DNA of 64,000 bases from an uncultured Alphaproteobacteria bacterium (GTDB lineage: Bacteria; Pseudomonadota; Alphaproteobacteria; Rhizobiales; Xanthobacteraceae), in assembly GCA_963783115.1 (NCBI GenBank), contig CAWAMK010000036.1, positions 98,703 through 162,702 of the forward strand, written 5' to 3'. The notes below the pieces were generated by a model that saw only the letters and a program-made list of their open reading frames with translations, was not told the DNA's origin and did no database searches. Positions 13,074 through 24,167 of the stretch are shown piece after piece. Position numbers and translations under genes: made by a program. How positions within the stretch are numbered: position 1 is the first letter of the stretch; every line of letters begins with the position of its first letter.

Positions 13074-13925
13074 CTAGCCGGCAGAGCCCTCGGAACCATT
13101 TCCGCCGGTTTCATCGGGCTCGACGCGCGGCTCTTCCGGCTCGACGGACAGCTCTTCCGGCTCGGCAGCCGGTTCTTCCGGTTCTCCGGCCGGCTCTTCC
13201 GGTTCTGCGGCCGGCGCCAGCAGCAGTTCCAAGGTGTCGCCGGCTTCCAGCGGATCTTCATCCTCGCGCAGCGCGACGTCGTCGGACGGCGTCGGCACGC
13301 TGAAGCCGGAAGGCAGCCGCGAATCCAGCAGTCCCGTACCCTTCAGCTCTTCCAGGCCCGGCAGGTCACCGAGCGCTTCCAGGCTGAACTGCGACAGGAA
13401 CGCTTCCGTCGTACCGAAGGTGAGCGGCCGGCCCGGCGTCTTGCGGCGGCCGCGGGGGCGGATCCATCCGGTTTCCAGCAGCACGTCGAGCGTTCCCTTT
13501 GACGTGATCACGCCGCGGATGTCCTCGATCTCGGCGCGCGTCACCGGCTGGTGGTAGGCGATGATCGCAAGCACTTCGATGGCGGCGCGCGACAGCCGAC
13601 GCGTCTCCGTGCTCTCGCGCGTCATCAGCCAAGACAGATCGCCGGCGGTGCGAAAGGTCCATTTGTTGGCGACGCGCACCAGATTGACGCCGCGCGGGGC
13701 ATATTCCGCCTGCAGTTGCGCCAGCGCCGCCTTGACGTCGACGCCGTCGGGCATGCGCTTGGCGAGCGTCGCCTGGTCGATCGGCTCGGCGGAAGCGAAC
13801 AGCAGCGCTTCGAGCAGCCGTAATTCCTCCGGCCGCGCCTCAACTTCGGGATTCTGGACTTCGGTGTTCTGGTCGATGGGATGATCCTCGGCATCTTCCA
13901 TGCGTTTTTCCGCCAGGCTTGCCAT
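13074..13925 (-). CDS. scpB: SMC-Scp complex subunit ScpB
   Basis: LEALLFAS, LSRAAIEVLAIIAYHQPVTRAEIEDIRGV, GRPLTFGTT. Confidence 0.94.
   Translation of the reverse strand: MASLAEKRMEDAEDHPIDQNTEVQNPEVEARPEELRLLEALLFASAEPIDQATLAKRMPDGVDVKAALAQLQAEYAPRGVNLVRVANKWTFRTAGDLSWLMTRESTETRRLSRAAIEVLAIIAYHQPVTRAEIEDIRGVITSKGTLDVLLETGWIRPRGRRKTPGRPLTFGTTEAFLSQFSLEALGDLPGLEELKGTGLLDSRLPSGFSVPTPSDDVALREDEDPLEAGDTLELLLAPAAEPEEPAGEPEEPAAEPEELSVEPEEPRVEPDETGGNGSEGSAG
13109..13213 (-). repeat. In-frame 21-bp tandem repeat (5 units, xxxEPEE) in the ScpB C-terminal tail
   Basis: PAAEPEE PAGEPEE PAAEPEE LSVEPEE PRVEPDE. Confidence 0.85.
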
Positions 13926-13942
13926 GGCTGGGTCTCCTTCCA

Positions 13943-14770
13943 CTACTCGACCGTCATATCCGGCGCGGGCATCGCTGCCTGCGGCGGACGCTTACGAAAA
14001 TACAGCGGCGCGAACGCCTCTTTCTGGTTCAGTTCCATCTCGCCTTCCCGCACCAGTTCGAGCGCCGCGGCAAAGCTCGACGCAAACACCGTCGCCTTCT
14101 GCGAGGGATCGACGACGTAACTGAGCAGGAAATCGTCGAGGCAGCTCCAGTCTTCGGCCTCGGTCATGCCGACCAGCCGCTCCAGAGAGGCGCGCGCTTC
14201 CGCGAGCGACCACACCGTGCGCTTGGCCAGATGCACCGTCGCCAGCACGCGCTGCTGTCGCTGCACGGAATAGGCGGTGAGCAGGTCGAACAGCGTCGCG
14301 GTGAATTTGGGATGCCTGATTTCGGCGATCGATTCCGGATTGCCGCGCGGAAAGATATCGCGCTGGAACTGCGGCCGGTTCATCAGCCGGTTGGCAGCTT
14401 CGCGGATCGCCTCGAGCCGGCGCAGCCGGTTGGCGAGCGCGGTGGCCATTTCCTCGGCGCTCGGGCCGTCCGGCGTGGGTGGCTCGGGCAGCAGCAGCCG
14501 CGATTTCAGGTAGGCGAGCCAGGCCGCCATCACGAGGTAATCGGCCGCGAGCTCCAGGCGGATCTTTCGCGCGGCCTCGATGAAGGTCAGATACTGATCG
14601 GCCAGCGCCAGGATCGAGATCTTGGCGAGATCGACCTTCTGTTGCCGCGCCAGCGTCAGCAGCAGGTCGAGCGGGCCTTCATAGCCCTCGACGTCGACCA
14701 CCAGCGCCGCCTCGCCTTCGGTGACTTCGGCGGGCCGTCCGGTTTCAAACGATAGAATCTCCGCCGTCAT
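13943..14770 (-). CDS. scpA: Segregation/condensation protein ScpA
   Basis: YEGPLDLLLTL, AADYLVMAAWLAYLKSRLLLP. Confidence 0.95.
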   Translation of the reverse strand: MTAEILSFETGRPAEVTEGEAALVVDVEGYEGPLDLLLTLARQQKVDLAKISILALADQYLTFIEAARKIRLELAADYLVMAAWLAYLKSRLLLPEPPTPDGPSAEEMATALANRLRRLEAIREAANRLMNRPQFQRDIFPRGNPESIAEIRHPKFTATLFDLLTAYSVQRQQRVLATVHLAKRTVWSLAEARASLERLVGMTEAEDWSCLDDFLLSYVVDPSQKATVFASSFAAALELVREGEMELNQKEAFAPLYFRKRPPQAAMPAPDMTVE

Positions 14771-15789
14771 GCCGTTCCTACCCGATTCATCAACGTCTCA
14801 AGTTCAGCCCGCGCCGCCTGCCGGTCGAACGGTTTTGGCGGCTTTCGCGAGGCCAGCGCCCGTCTGGCGCGATCCAGCGCCTCGCCGGCCAGTTCCGGCG
14901 TCTCGCGCGCGACGTCGCGCATCTCGTCCAGCTTGCCGTTGCAATGCAGGACCATGTCGCAGCCGGCGTTGACGATGGCGCGGGTCCGCTCGGCGATCGA
15001 TCCCGCCAGGGCATTCATCGACACGTCGTCACTCATCAACAAACCCTGGAACCCAATTCCGCCGCGAATCACCTGCCGGACGATTGTCGCAGAAGTCGTC
15101 GCCGGTTGGGCGGGGTCCAGCGCGCTAAACACAACATGTGCGGTCATGGCCATCGGCAGGTCCGCCAGCGGTTGAAAGGCCGCGAAATCGGTCCGTTCCA
15201 GCTCATTTAGCGGCGTATCGACGGTCGGGAGCCCGAAATGGCTATCGGCGGTGGCCCTGCCGTGGCCGGGGATGTGCTTCAGGACGGGCAGCACCCCACC
15301 CTCCTCCAGCCCCCCGGTGACCGCCCGGGCAATCGCCGCAACCTTCGCCGGTTCGGTTCCATAGGCCCGGTTGCCGATCACGGCATCCGCGCCGGCCACC
15401 GGCACGTCCGCCAGCGGCAGGCAGTCGACGGTGATCCCGAGGTCGATCAGGTCGGCCGCGATCAGCCGCGAGGAGAGCCACGCGGCCCGCAGCCCCAGCG
15501 CCTTGTCGGCGTCGTAGAGCGCCCCGAAGGTCGCGCCAGGCGGATAGACCGGCCAATGCGGCGGCCCCAGCCGAGCCACCCGCCCGCCTTCCTGGTCGAT
15601 CAGAACCGGGGCGTCGTCCTGACCCAGGCAGTTCCGCAAATCCCTAACGAGCGAAGATACTTGATCCGGCGTATCGACATTGCGTTTGAACAGGATGAAG
15701 CCCCACGGGCGCGTCTCAGCGATGAACTGACGCTCCGCGGCGTCAAGTTCCAGTCCCGATACGCCCGTGATGAATGCCCGGTTGCTCAT
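14767..15789 (-). CDS. nagZ: Beta-N-acetylhexosaminidase (GH3)
   Basis: IDQEGGRV, KHIPGHGRATADSH, SDDVSM. Confidence 0.95.
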   Translation of the reverse strand: MSNRAFITGVSGLELDAAERQFIAETRPWGFILFKRNVDTPDQVSSLVRDLRNCLGQDDAPVLIDQEGGRVARLGPPHWPVYPPGATFGALYDADKALGLRAAWLSSRLIAADLIDLGITVDCLPLADVPVAGADAVIGNRAYGTEPAKVAAIARAVTGGLEEGGVLPVLKHIPGHGRATADSHFGLPTVDTPLNELERTDFAAFQPLADLPMAMTAHVVFSALDPAQPATTSATIVRQVIRGGIGFQGLLMSDDVSMNALAGSIAERTRAIVNAGCDMVLHCNGKLDEMRDVARETPELAGEALDRARRALASRKPPKPFDRQAARAELETLMNRVGTA

Positions 15790-15843
15790 GAGGGGCCGAT
15801 TAGGCCCGTCATAGCCCCGGGGTCAAGGAAACCGCAGATAATT

Positions 15844-17346
15844 CTACGGGATAAAGCACTGCCCGCCGGCTGCCTTCAGCTCGCTACAGAACGCAACGGC
15901 CTCCTGCCGGGTTCGATAGGGCCCGACCATCGCGCGGTACTTGGTCTTGCCGTCGGCCAGATTCACTTGCCGGATCACCGGCGAGCGCGAGCCGAGCACC
16001 GAGGCGTACTTGCCTTGCACGGCGCGGAATGACTCCCGGGCGGCAGCCTCGCTGTCCTGCGACGTCACCGAGACCAGGAAAGTGCCCCCACCATCGGACG
16101 GCGCCGCCGGCGCACTCTGCGTCGGATTGGTTGCGGCTACGCGGGCCTGCGGCTCCGCTTCGGCGGCTTGCGGCACGAGCGCCATCGGCGAATTGGCACT
16201 GGCATTGGCCGATGCCGGATTGCGCGCCGGCGCGGCGGGAGACGGGGCAGCCGTGACATTTCGGGTCGTCGGCGCCGGCCGTGGCGGCGGCGCGTTGGCG
16301 CCGGCCGGGATGCCGCCATTGTCGGCAGCGTCGCCCTTGATGGGGAGCGTCCTGATCCTACGCGGCTCGTTGTTCGGCATCGTGCCGTTGGCCGCAGAGG
16401 TCATCGGCGCCGACGGCGAAACGCTGGCGGCCGGCGGCGGATTGGCGTTCTGGTTCAGCGGCGGAAATACCACGCGCGGTACGCCGGACCGCGAATTGAC
16501 GTCGACCGGCGTCTCTTCACGCGACACCAGCCGCTCGCCGCCATCGCTCGACAGCAGGCGGTCAGGCGTCTTGGCAGCGCCGCCGTCGGCCGGCGCCGGC
16601 AGCACCTTGGTCGGGCTGTTGTCGGCCCGGATGATCGGCGGCTCGCCGGACCGCGGCGAACCGATAAAGGTGCGATACGCAAAGGCCGCACCGGTGCCGA
16701 TCACGGCGAGCGCCAGCACGGCGGCCACCGTCATCAGGCCCTTGGAGCGCTTCTTCGGCGCGGGCTCTTCCTCATATTCCTCGCCCTGATAGGCGTAGGG
16801 ATCGTCCGGATAGGCCGGATCGCGCTGATAATCGTGCTCGCCGGTCTCCAGCCGCCCATACAGCGCGTCGTCATAGCGCGACGCGTCCTGCTGCTGCGGC
16901 TCGTCGGCATATTGCTGCGGTTCCTCGTAATAGTCCTGCTCAGGCTCCTGATAGTCCTGCACGGGTGCGCGCGGCAGTGGTGGCGGAGCCGGCGGAGCCG
17001 AATAGCGGTGCAGGGGATGCACCGGCGCCGGCTGCTCGTATTCCGGTTCCGGCTCGTCGTCGTATGCCTGCGGCAGCGGCGGCGGCGGCAGCGGTGTTTC
17101 GTGGCGCGCACGCTGCATCCAGGACGGCGGGCTCGGCGGCGCGGCGGGCTCATCCTCGTCCGGCAGATCGTATTGCTGTGGCCGGACATTGGCTCGCGAC
17201 TGCAGCGGGCGCGGCGCCGGCTTGGCACCGGCGGCCCCGTTCGGATCATTCTGCCCGATCAGCCTTGCCAGCTCGGCAAGTGGATCAGCCTCGCCGCGAC
17301 CCTGGTCGGCGGAGGGAAAAGGTCGGTCCTGATAACGATCAGCCAT
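15844..17346 (-). CDS. SPOR-domain membrane protein (FtsN-like)
   Basis: DPLAELARLIG N-terminus, single TM helix, Pro-rich linker, C-terminal SPOR (YRAMVGP...FCSELKAAGGQC); lies between argS and nagZ. Confidence 0.85.
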   Translation of the reverse strand: MADRYQDRPFPSADQGRGEADPLAELARLIGQNDPNGAAGAKPAPRPLQSRANVRPQQYDLPDEDEPAAPPSPPSWMQRARHETPLPPPPLPQAYDDEPEPEYEQPAPVHPLHRYSAPPAPPPLPRAPVQDYQEPEQDYYEEPQQYADEPQQQDASRYDDALYGRLETGEHDYQRDPAYPDDPYAYQGEEYEEEPAPKKRSKGLMTVAAVLALAVIGTGAAFAYRTFIGSPRSGEPPIIRADNSPTKVLPAPADGGAAKTPDRLLSSDGGERLVSREETPVDVNSRSGVPRVVFPPLNQNANPPPAASVSPSAPMTSAANGTMPNNEPRRIRTLPIKGDAADNGGIPAGANAPPPRPAPTTRNVTAAPSPAAPARNPASANASANSPMALVPQAAEAEPQARVAATNPTQSAPAAPSDGGGTFLVSVTSQDSEAAARESFRAVQGKYASVLGSRSPVIRQVNLADGKTKYRAMVGPYRTRQEAVAFCSELKAAGGQCFIP

Positions 17347-17463
17347 CGTGATGATGCATCCCATTCGGGACAGCGCCAAACCCGCCATGTCATTCAAACC
17401 ATGACGAGCGTGGCCCCTGCCAGATACCCTACGGACCCCCATCCGTAAGGCCTTCGCCCCTGC

Positions 17464-19259
17464 CTACCGCATCTCGGTCGGAGCATGGACGCCGAGAACG
17501 GCTAAGCCCGATGCCAGAACCGAGACGACGCCCTGGACCATAGCCAGTCGCGCCCTCGTGATCTCTGCATCATTAGTCATAATGAAGCGTAAATAGGGCA
17601 AATCCCGCCCTTTCGTCCATAACGCATGAAATTCACTGGCCAAATCATATAGATAAAAGGCGATTCGGTGAGGCTCATGCGCCACGGCCGCCGACTCGAT
17701 CATTCTGGGATAGAGCGCCAGCCGTTTCAAGAGGTCGAGTTCCGCCGGGTCGGTCAGCCGCTCAACCGGCGCCGAACCCAGCCAGGCCGACCGGGCGGCA
17801 TCGTCCTCCGGCAGTTCGGGAACCACCTCGCGGGCGTTCTTGAAGATCGAATGGCCGCGGGCATGCCCATACTGGACGTAGAAGACCGGGTTGTCCTTCG
17901 ATTGCTCGCGCACCTTGGCGAGATCGAAATCGAGCACGGCGTCGTTCTTGCGGAACAGCATCATGAACCGCACGGCGTCGGAACCGACTTCGTCGACCAC
18001 CTCGCGCAGCGTGACGAAATCGCCGGAGCGCTTCGACATCTTCACGGGCTCGCCGTTGCGCAGCAGCCGGACGAGTTGAACAATCTTGACGTCGAGCGCG
18101 GCCTTGCCCGCGGTGACGCGCCTTGACCGCCGCCTGCACGCGCTTGATGTAGCCGCCGTGATCGGCGCCCCACACATCGATCAAATCGTGGAAGCCGCGA
18201 TCATACTTGTTCTTGTGATAGGCGATGTCGGAGGCGAAATAAGTGTAGCTGCCGTCCGACTTGATCAGCGGACGATCGACATCGTCGCCATAGGCGGTGG
18301 CGCGGAACAGGGTCTGGATACGGTCTTCGTAATCGTCGACCGGCTTGCCCTTCGGCGGCGGCAGATTGCCTTCGTAGATGTCGCCCTTGGCGCGCAGGAA
18401 ATCGATGGTCTCGGTGACCTTGTTGTTGCCGGTCTCGATCAGCGAGCGCTCCGAGAAGAACACCTCATGCTTGATGTTCAGCGCGGCGAGATCGCCCTTG
18501 ATCATGTCCATCATCATGGCGATCGATTTGGCGCGCACGATCGGCAGCCATGCCGTCTCCGGCATCGCCTTCAGCTTGTCGCCATGCTCGGCCGCCAGCG
18601 CCTGCCCGACCGGCACGAGATAATCGCCGGGATAGAGCCCTTCCGGAATCTCGCCGATGACCTCGCCGAGCGCTTCGCGGTAACGCAGATAGGCCGAGCG
18701 CGCGAGCACGTCGACCTGCGCGCCGGCATCGTTGATGTAGTATTCGCGCGTGACACCGTAGCCGGCAAAATCGAGCAGGCCGCACAGCGCATCGCCGAAC
18801 ACCGCGCCCCGGCAGTGGCCGACATGCATCGGCCCGGTCGGGTTGGCGGAGACGTATTCGACGTTGACCTTGGCGCCGTGGCCGATCGCGCTTTTGCCGT
18901 AGGACGCAGCCTTCGCGCAGCATGACGCGCAGCTCGTCCGCCCAGACCTGCGGTTTCAGGGTGAGGTTGATGAAGCCGGGGCCGGCGACGTCGACCGAAG
19001 CCACCAGATCGTCGGCGCGCAGTTTTTCCGCAATCTTGTCGGCGAGTTCGCGCGGCTTCGCCTTGGCGTCCTTGGCCAGCACCATCGCGGCATTGGTCGC
19101 CATGTCGCCATGGCTGGAATCGCGCGGCGGCTCGACCACGACACGGGAGAAATCGATGCCGGCGGGCCATTGGCCCTCGGCCGCGAGCGCGGCGCAGATC
19201 GCCTGCACGCGGGCCAGCACGTTGGCAAACAGGTGGTGGGAAGTCGGCTTGTCGGACAT
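17464..19259 (-). CDS. argS: Arginine--tRNA ligase (two frameshifts)
   Basis: [15 protein letters not shown] motif, [21 protein letters not shown]. Confidence 0.96.
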
Positions 19260-19268
19260 GGCCGCCGC

Positions 19269-20478
19269 CTAACGCAAATCCGGGGTCGAGTCAAAAAGCC
19301 TCTGGTGCTCAATTAAGGCGAAACGGTCGGTCATTCCGGCGATGAAATTGCCGATCCGGCGCGCCCGTTCCGCTTCGCTCTCGCGCTCCGTGCCCTCGAT
19401 CCATTCCGGCGGCAGGTCGCCCGGCGAGGTCTGGTAGCGTGCGAACAGGTCGAACAGGATGCCTTCCGCCTCACCCATCACCCGCATGACTCTGACGTGG
19501 CGGTACATGTGCTGGTAGAGAAACGCCTTGATCGCGGCTTCCTCCGCCGCAACCTCCGGCGGAAACGCGACCAGCGGCTGATGGTGGTGACGCACATCAT
19601 GCGCCGATTGCGGTTTTGCCGCGGCAAGCCGCCGGCCCGCTTCCGACATCACCGCCCCGATCATGTAGGATATCAGCTCGCGCACCAGCTCCGCGCCGCG
19701 CCTGGCGTCGTCGAGCCCGGGATAATGGGCGTCGATCTCGGCGATGAAGGCGGCCATCAGCGGCATCGCCTTGAGGTCATCGACACCAAACAGGCCGGCG
19801 CGCAGGCCATCGTCGATGTCGTGGGCGTCATAGGCAATGTCGTCGGCGAAGCGCCGCGACCTGCGCCTCCAGCGAAGCGTAGCTCCACAGTTCCAGGTCG
19901 AATTTTTGATTGAAATCGGCGATGCCGACAGGAATGCCGCGCTCGCGATAGGGCCCGATTGGGGCTCCGTCGCGCCCGGTCAGCGGGCCATTGTGCTTGA
20001 CGATGCCTTCCAGCGATTCCCAGGTCAGGTTCAGCCCGTCGAACTCGGGATAGCGGTGCTCCAGCGAGGTCACCACCCGCAGCGCCTGCGCGTTGTGGTC
20101 GAAGCCGCCATGGTCGGCGAGGCATTTGTCGAGCGCCCGCTCGCCGGCATGGCCGAACGGCGGATGGCCGAGGTCATGCGCCAGCGCCAGCGTCTCGGTG
20201 AGGTCCTCATCGAGGCCGAGCTGGCGGGCCAGCGCGCGGGCAATCTGCGCCACTTCCAGCGAATGGGTCAGCCGGGTGCGGTAATGGTCGCCCTCGTGAA
20301 ACACGAATACCTGCGTCTTGTGCTTCAGCCGGCGGAACGCCGTGGAATGGATCACCCGGTCGCAATCGCGCCGGAACGGGCTGCGGGTCCGGCTCGGCGG
20401 CTCCGCAAACAGCCGTCCGCGGCCGGAATCGGGGTCGCAGCCATAGAGCGCACGGGGGGCAGCCATTCCGACCGACAC
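19269..20478 (-). CDS. dgt: dGTP triphosphohydrolase (HD domain; frameshift near 19850)
   Basis: [43 protein letters not shown]. Confidence 0.93.
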
Positions 20479-20580
20479 GATTTTTTAGTCCTTATCCATT
20501 TGATTCCGCGAGATTACGCACTTAACTATGTCCCACGCCCCATACCAAATGAATTGGGCATGACGGGCCGGAGAGATGCC

Positions 20581-20910
20581 ATGACCACTGCCATCACCGT
20601 CAGCGAGCGGGCCGCCCGCCGCATCGGACAAATCCTCAAGAGCGAAGGCGACGGCGCCATGCTGCGCATCTCCGTCGAGGGCGGCGGCTGCTCCGGCTTC
20701 CAGTACAAATTCGACGTCGACCATGACAAGGCCGAGGATGATCTGGTGATCGCGCGCGAGGGCGCGGTGGTGCTGGTCGACCCGGCCTCGGTGCCGTTCC
20801 TCGCCGGCTCCGAAGTGGATTTCGTCGACGATCTGATCGGCGCGTCGTTCCGCGTGGTCAATCCGAACGCCACGGCGTCGTGTGGCTGCGGGACCAGTTT
20901 TTCGATCTGA
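20581..20910 (+). CDS. erpA: A-type Fe-S carrier ErpA/HesB
   Basis: GGGCSG and NPNATASCGCGTSF. Confidence 0.92.
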   Translation: MTTAITVSERAARRIGQILKSEGDGAMLRISVEGGGCSGFQYKFDVDHDKAEDDLVIAREGAVVLVDPASVPFLAGSEVDFVDDLIGASFRVVNPNATASCGCGTSFSI

Positions 20911-20925
20911 GATTTTCGACGCTGC

Positions 20926-21019
20926 CGTAGGGTGGGCAAAGCGCAGCGTGCCCACCATCTTGCAGCGCATTCGTTGACGGATGGTGGGCACGTCGCTCCG
21001 CTCCTTTGCCCACCCTACG
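20926..21019. repeat. GTAG-type REP palindrome pair
   Basis: CGTAGGGTGGGCAAAGC...GTGCCCACCATC / GATGGTGGGCAC...TTTGCCCACCCTACG. Confidence 0.88.
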
Positions 21020-21026
21020 AGATCTC

Positions 21027-21931
21027 CTACGCCTCCCTGGCATAGCGCGGCAGATCGGCTTTCAGCATTTCCAGCACGTCATCCCTCACCGGATCGCGGG
21101 TGCCGCGGGTAAAGGCGGCCGCCAGCGGCAGCTTGTTCATGTCTGTAGATGCCAGGCGGATGAAGCGGACGCCGCGGGTTGCCATGCGCGAGGTCCAGCG
21201 CGGGACGATGGCGACGCCGAGCCCCGCCGAGACCAGGTTGACGATGGTCTGCTTCTCGTCGGCGATTTGCGCCACGCGCGCCTCGCGCCGGCCTCGGCGA
21301 ACAGTTTCATGGTGAGGTCGTGGCTGTGCGGACGCGAGCGGCGTTCGGGCACGATCAGCGGCGCGTTGTCGAGGTCGGCGATGGTGACGCGCTTGCGCTG
21401 TGAGAGCGGATGCCGCTCGGCGACCGCGACGACGGCGGTCTCGTGCAGCAGGAACAGAAACTCCAGCCGCTTGTCGGGCCGTTCCGGCGGGCGCACGAAG
21501 GCGAGATCGAGCCGGCCGGACAACAGCCGCGGCAACAGACGCACCGACTTGTCTTCGGCCAGTTGCACCGTGACATCGGGCCGGCGTTTGCGGAAATCAT
21601 GCAGCAGGCGCGGCAACAGCCCGGCGGCGGCGCTGTCGATGGCGCCGATGCGAATGACCGCGGCGCGCTTGCGGCCCTTGGTGCGGAACCGGCCGGCCAG
21701 CGCGTCGGCCTGCGCCAATAGCGCCCTCGCCTCCTTCAGCAACGCGGCGCCGTCGTCGGTCAGCGCGACGCTGCGCGTCGTGCGCGTCATCAGCCGCGTG
21801 CCGAGATCGTCTTCGAGCAGCCGGATGAAGCGGCCGAGCGCCGACGGCAGCATGTCGAGCCGCTGTGCCGCCCGGCCGAAATGCAATTCCTCGGCGGCCG
21901 CCACGAAGCAGCGCAGATGATGCAGGTCCAT
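21027..21931 (-). CDS. LysR-family transcriptional regulator (frameshift near 21280)
   Basis: [54 protein letters not shown]. Confidence 0.92.
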
Positions 21932-21950
21932 CGATCCTCCCGGATCCGAT

Positions 21951-21969
21951 TATATCAATTTTTTGTATA
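21951..21969. promoter_or_regulatory. Putative LysR recognition site
   Basis: AT-rich dyad TATATCAATTTTTTGTATA between the divergent LysR and dehydrogenase genes. Confidence 0.55.
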
Positions 21970-22053
21970 AATGCGAGGCGATTGCCTCTTGCGTGCTGTG
22001 GCCGCAAGCTGCGTCGAGACCATCAAAGGCTAAGAAAACCACGGGGAAGAAAC

Positions 22054-23128
22054 ATGCGGGAATATTCCATCGCGGCCATTCCGGCCGACGGCATCGGCCC
22101 CGAGGTGATCGCCGCCGGCGTGCAGGCGCTCGAGGCGCTGCAGAAGCGGCTCGGCGACGTGAAATTCAACGTCGAAACCTTCGACTGGGGTTCCGACTAT
22201 TATCGCAAGCACGGCGTCATGATGCCGGCCGACGGCCTCGCCACGCTGAAGAAATTCGACGCGATCTATTTTGGCGCGGTCGGCGCGCCCGACGTTCCCG
22301 ACCACATCACGCTGTGGGGCCTGCGGCTGCCGATCTGCCAGGGTTTCGACCAATACGCCAACGTGCGGCCGACGCGAGATTCTGCCCGGCATCACCTCGC
22401 CGCTGCGCCATGTCGGTCCCGGCGACCTCGACTGGGTGATCGTGCGGGAAAACTCCGAGGGCGAATATGCCGGCCGCGGCGGCCGGGTGCATCGGGGCTT
22501 GCCGGAAGAAGTCGGCACGGAGGTCGCGATCTTCACCCGCGTCGGCGTCCAGCGCATCATGCGCTACGCCTTCAAGCTGGCGCAGTCGCGCCCGCGCAAG
22601 CTGCTGTGCGTCGTGACCAAGTCGAACGCGCAGCGCCACGGCATGGTGATGTGGGACGAGATCGCCGAGGAGGTCTCGAAGGAGTTCCCCGACGTCACCT
22701 GGGACAAGATGCTGGTCGATGCGATGACGGTGCGGATGACGCTGAAGCCGCAGAGCCTCGACACCATCGTGGCGACCAATCTGCACGCCGACATCCTGTC
22801 CGACCTCGCCGGCGCGCTGGCCGGCAGCCTCGGCGTCGCGCCGACGGCGAACATCGATCCGGAACGGCGCTTTCCCTCGATGTTCGAGCCGATCCATGGC
22901 TCGGCCTTCGACATCACCGGCAAGGGCATCGCCAACCCGGTCGCCAGTTTCTGGACCGCGTCGCAGATGCTCGATCATCTCGGCGAGGCCGAGGCTTCAG
23001 CCCGGCTGATGCGCGCCGTCGAGCAGGTCACGGGCGACGGCGTCACGACACCCGATGTCGGCGGCACCGCGACGACAAAGGATGTCACCGCGGCCGTGGT
23101 CGAGGCGATCCATAGCTCCAACGTGTGA
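22054..23128 (+). CDS. Tartrate dehydrogenase/D-malate dehydrogenase (decarboxylating) family (frameshift near 22375)
   Basis: DGIGPEV, VPDHITLWGL, RENSEGEY, TKSNAQRHGM, FEPIHGSAFDI. Confidence 0.9.
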
Positions 23129-23186
23129 CGGCCGCCGCGAAGCCAAAAGGCTCGCGAGACAAAAGACAAAACTCAGGGAAACGCCG

Positions 23187-24161
23187 ATGCAGATCAAGAA
23201 GACAGCCGCCGTTGCGCTCGCGTTCGCCATGGTCAGCACCGCCGGCCTCGCGCAAAGCTATCCGAACCGGGCGATCACGCTGCTGGTGCCGTTCGCCGCC
23301 GGCGGCGCCACCGATACGGTGGCGCGGGTGACGGCGCAGACGATGTCAAAGCTGCTGGGCCAGCCCATCGTGATCGAGAACGCACTCGGCGCCGGCGGCA
23401 CGATCGCGGCGACGCGGGCCTCGCGCGCCGAGCCGGACGGCTATACGCTGCTGATCCACCACATCGGTATCTCGACGGCCGCCACGCTGTACCGCAAGCT
23501 GCCCTACGACACCAAGACCGCGTTCGCGCCGATCGGTCTCGTGACCAACGCGCCGATGACGATCATCGGACGGCCCGACCTGCCGCCGAACACGCTGGCC
23601 GAACTGATCACCTACATCAAGGCCAACGGCGACAAGATGACCTTTGGCAATGCCGGTCTCGGCGCCGCTTCCCACCTCTGCGGCATGCTGTTCATGACCG
23701 CGGTCGGCAAGGAAGTCCTCACCGTGCCCTACAAGGGCAATGCGCCGATCATGAACGATCTGATCGGCAAGCAGATCGACCTCTCCTGCGACCAGACCAC
23801 CAACACCACGGCGCCGATCGCCTCAAAGCTGATCAAGAGCTACGCCATCACGACCAAGACCCGGCTCGCATCGATGCCGGACCTTCCGACCGCGGACGAA
23901 GCGGGATTGAAGGGCTTTGAGGTCGGTGCGTGGCACGGCATCTATGCGCCAAAGGGCACGCCCGATGACATCGTCCAGAAGCTGTCCAAGACGCTGCAGG
24001 AAGCGTTGCGCGACCCGGATCTGGTGAAGCGTTTCAACGACATCAACACCGAACCCGTGCCGCAGGATCAGGCCACGCCCGAAGCGCTGAAGGCGCAATT
24101 GAACAGCGAGGTCGATCGGTGGGCGCCGCTGATCAAGGCGGCCGGTCAGTTTGCGGATTGA
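23187..24161 (+). CDS. Tripartite tricarboxylate transporter substrate-binding protein (Bug/TctC)
   Basis: Signal peptide; YPNRAITLLVPFAAGGATD, VPYKG. Confidence 0.92.
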   Translation: MQIKKTAAVALAFAMVSTAGLAQSYPNRAITLLVPFAAGGATDTVARVTAQTMSKLLGQPIVIENALGAGGTIAATRASRAEPDGYTLLIHHIGISTAATLYRKLPYDTKTAFAPIGLVTNAPMTIIGRPDLPPNTLAELITYIKANGDKMTFGNAGLGAASHLCGMLFMTAVGKEVLTVPYKGNAPIMNDLIGKQIDLSCDQTTNTTAPIASKLIKSYAITTKTRLASMPDLPTADEAGLKGFEVGAWHGIYAPKGTPDDIVQKLSKTLQEALRDPDLVKRFNDINTEPVPQDQATPEALKAQLNSEVDRWAPLIKAAGQFAD

Positions 24162-24167
24162 GGCGTC

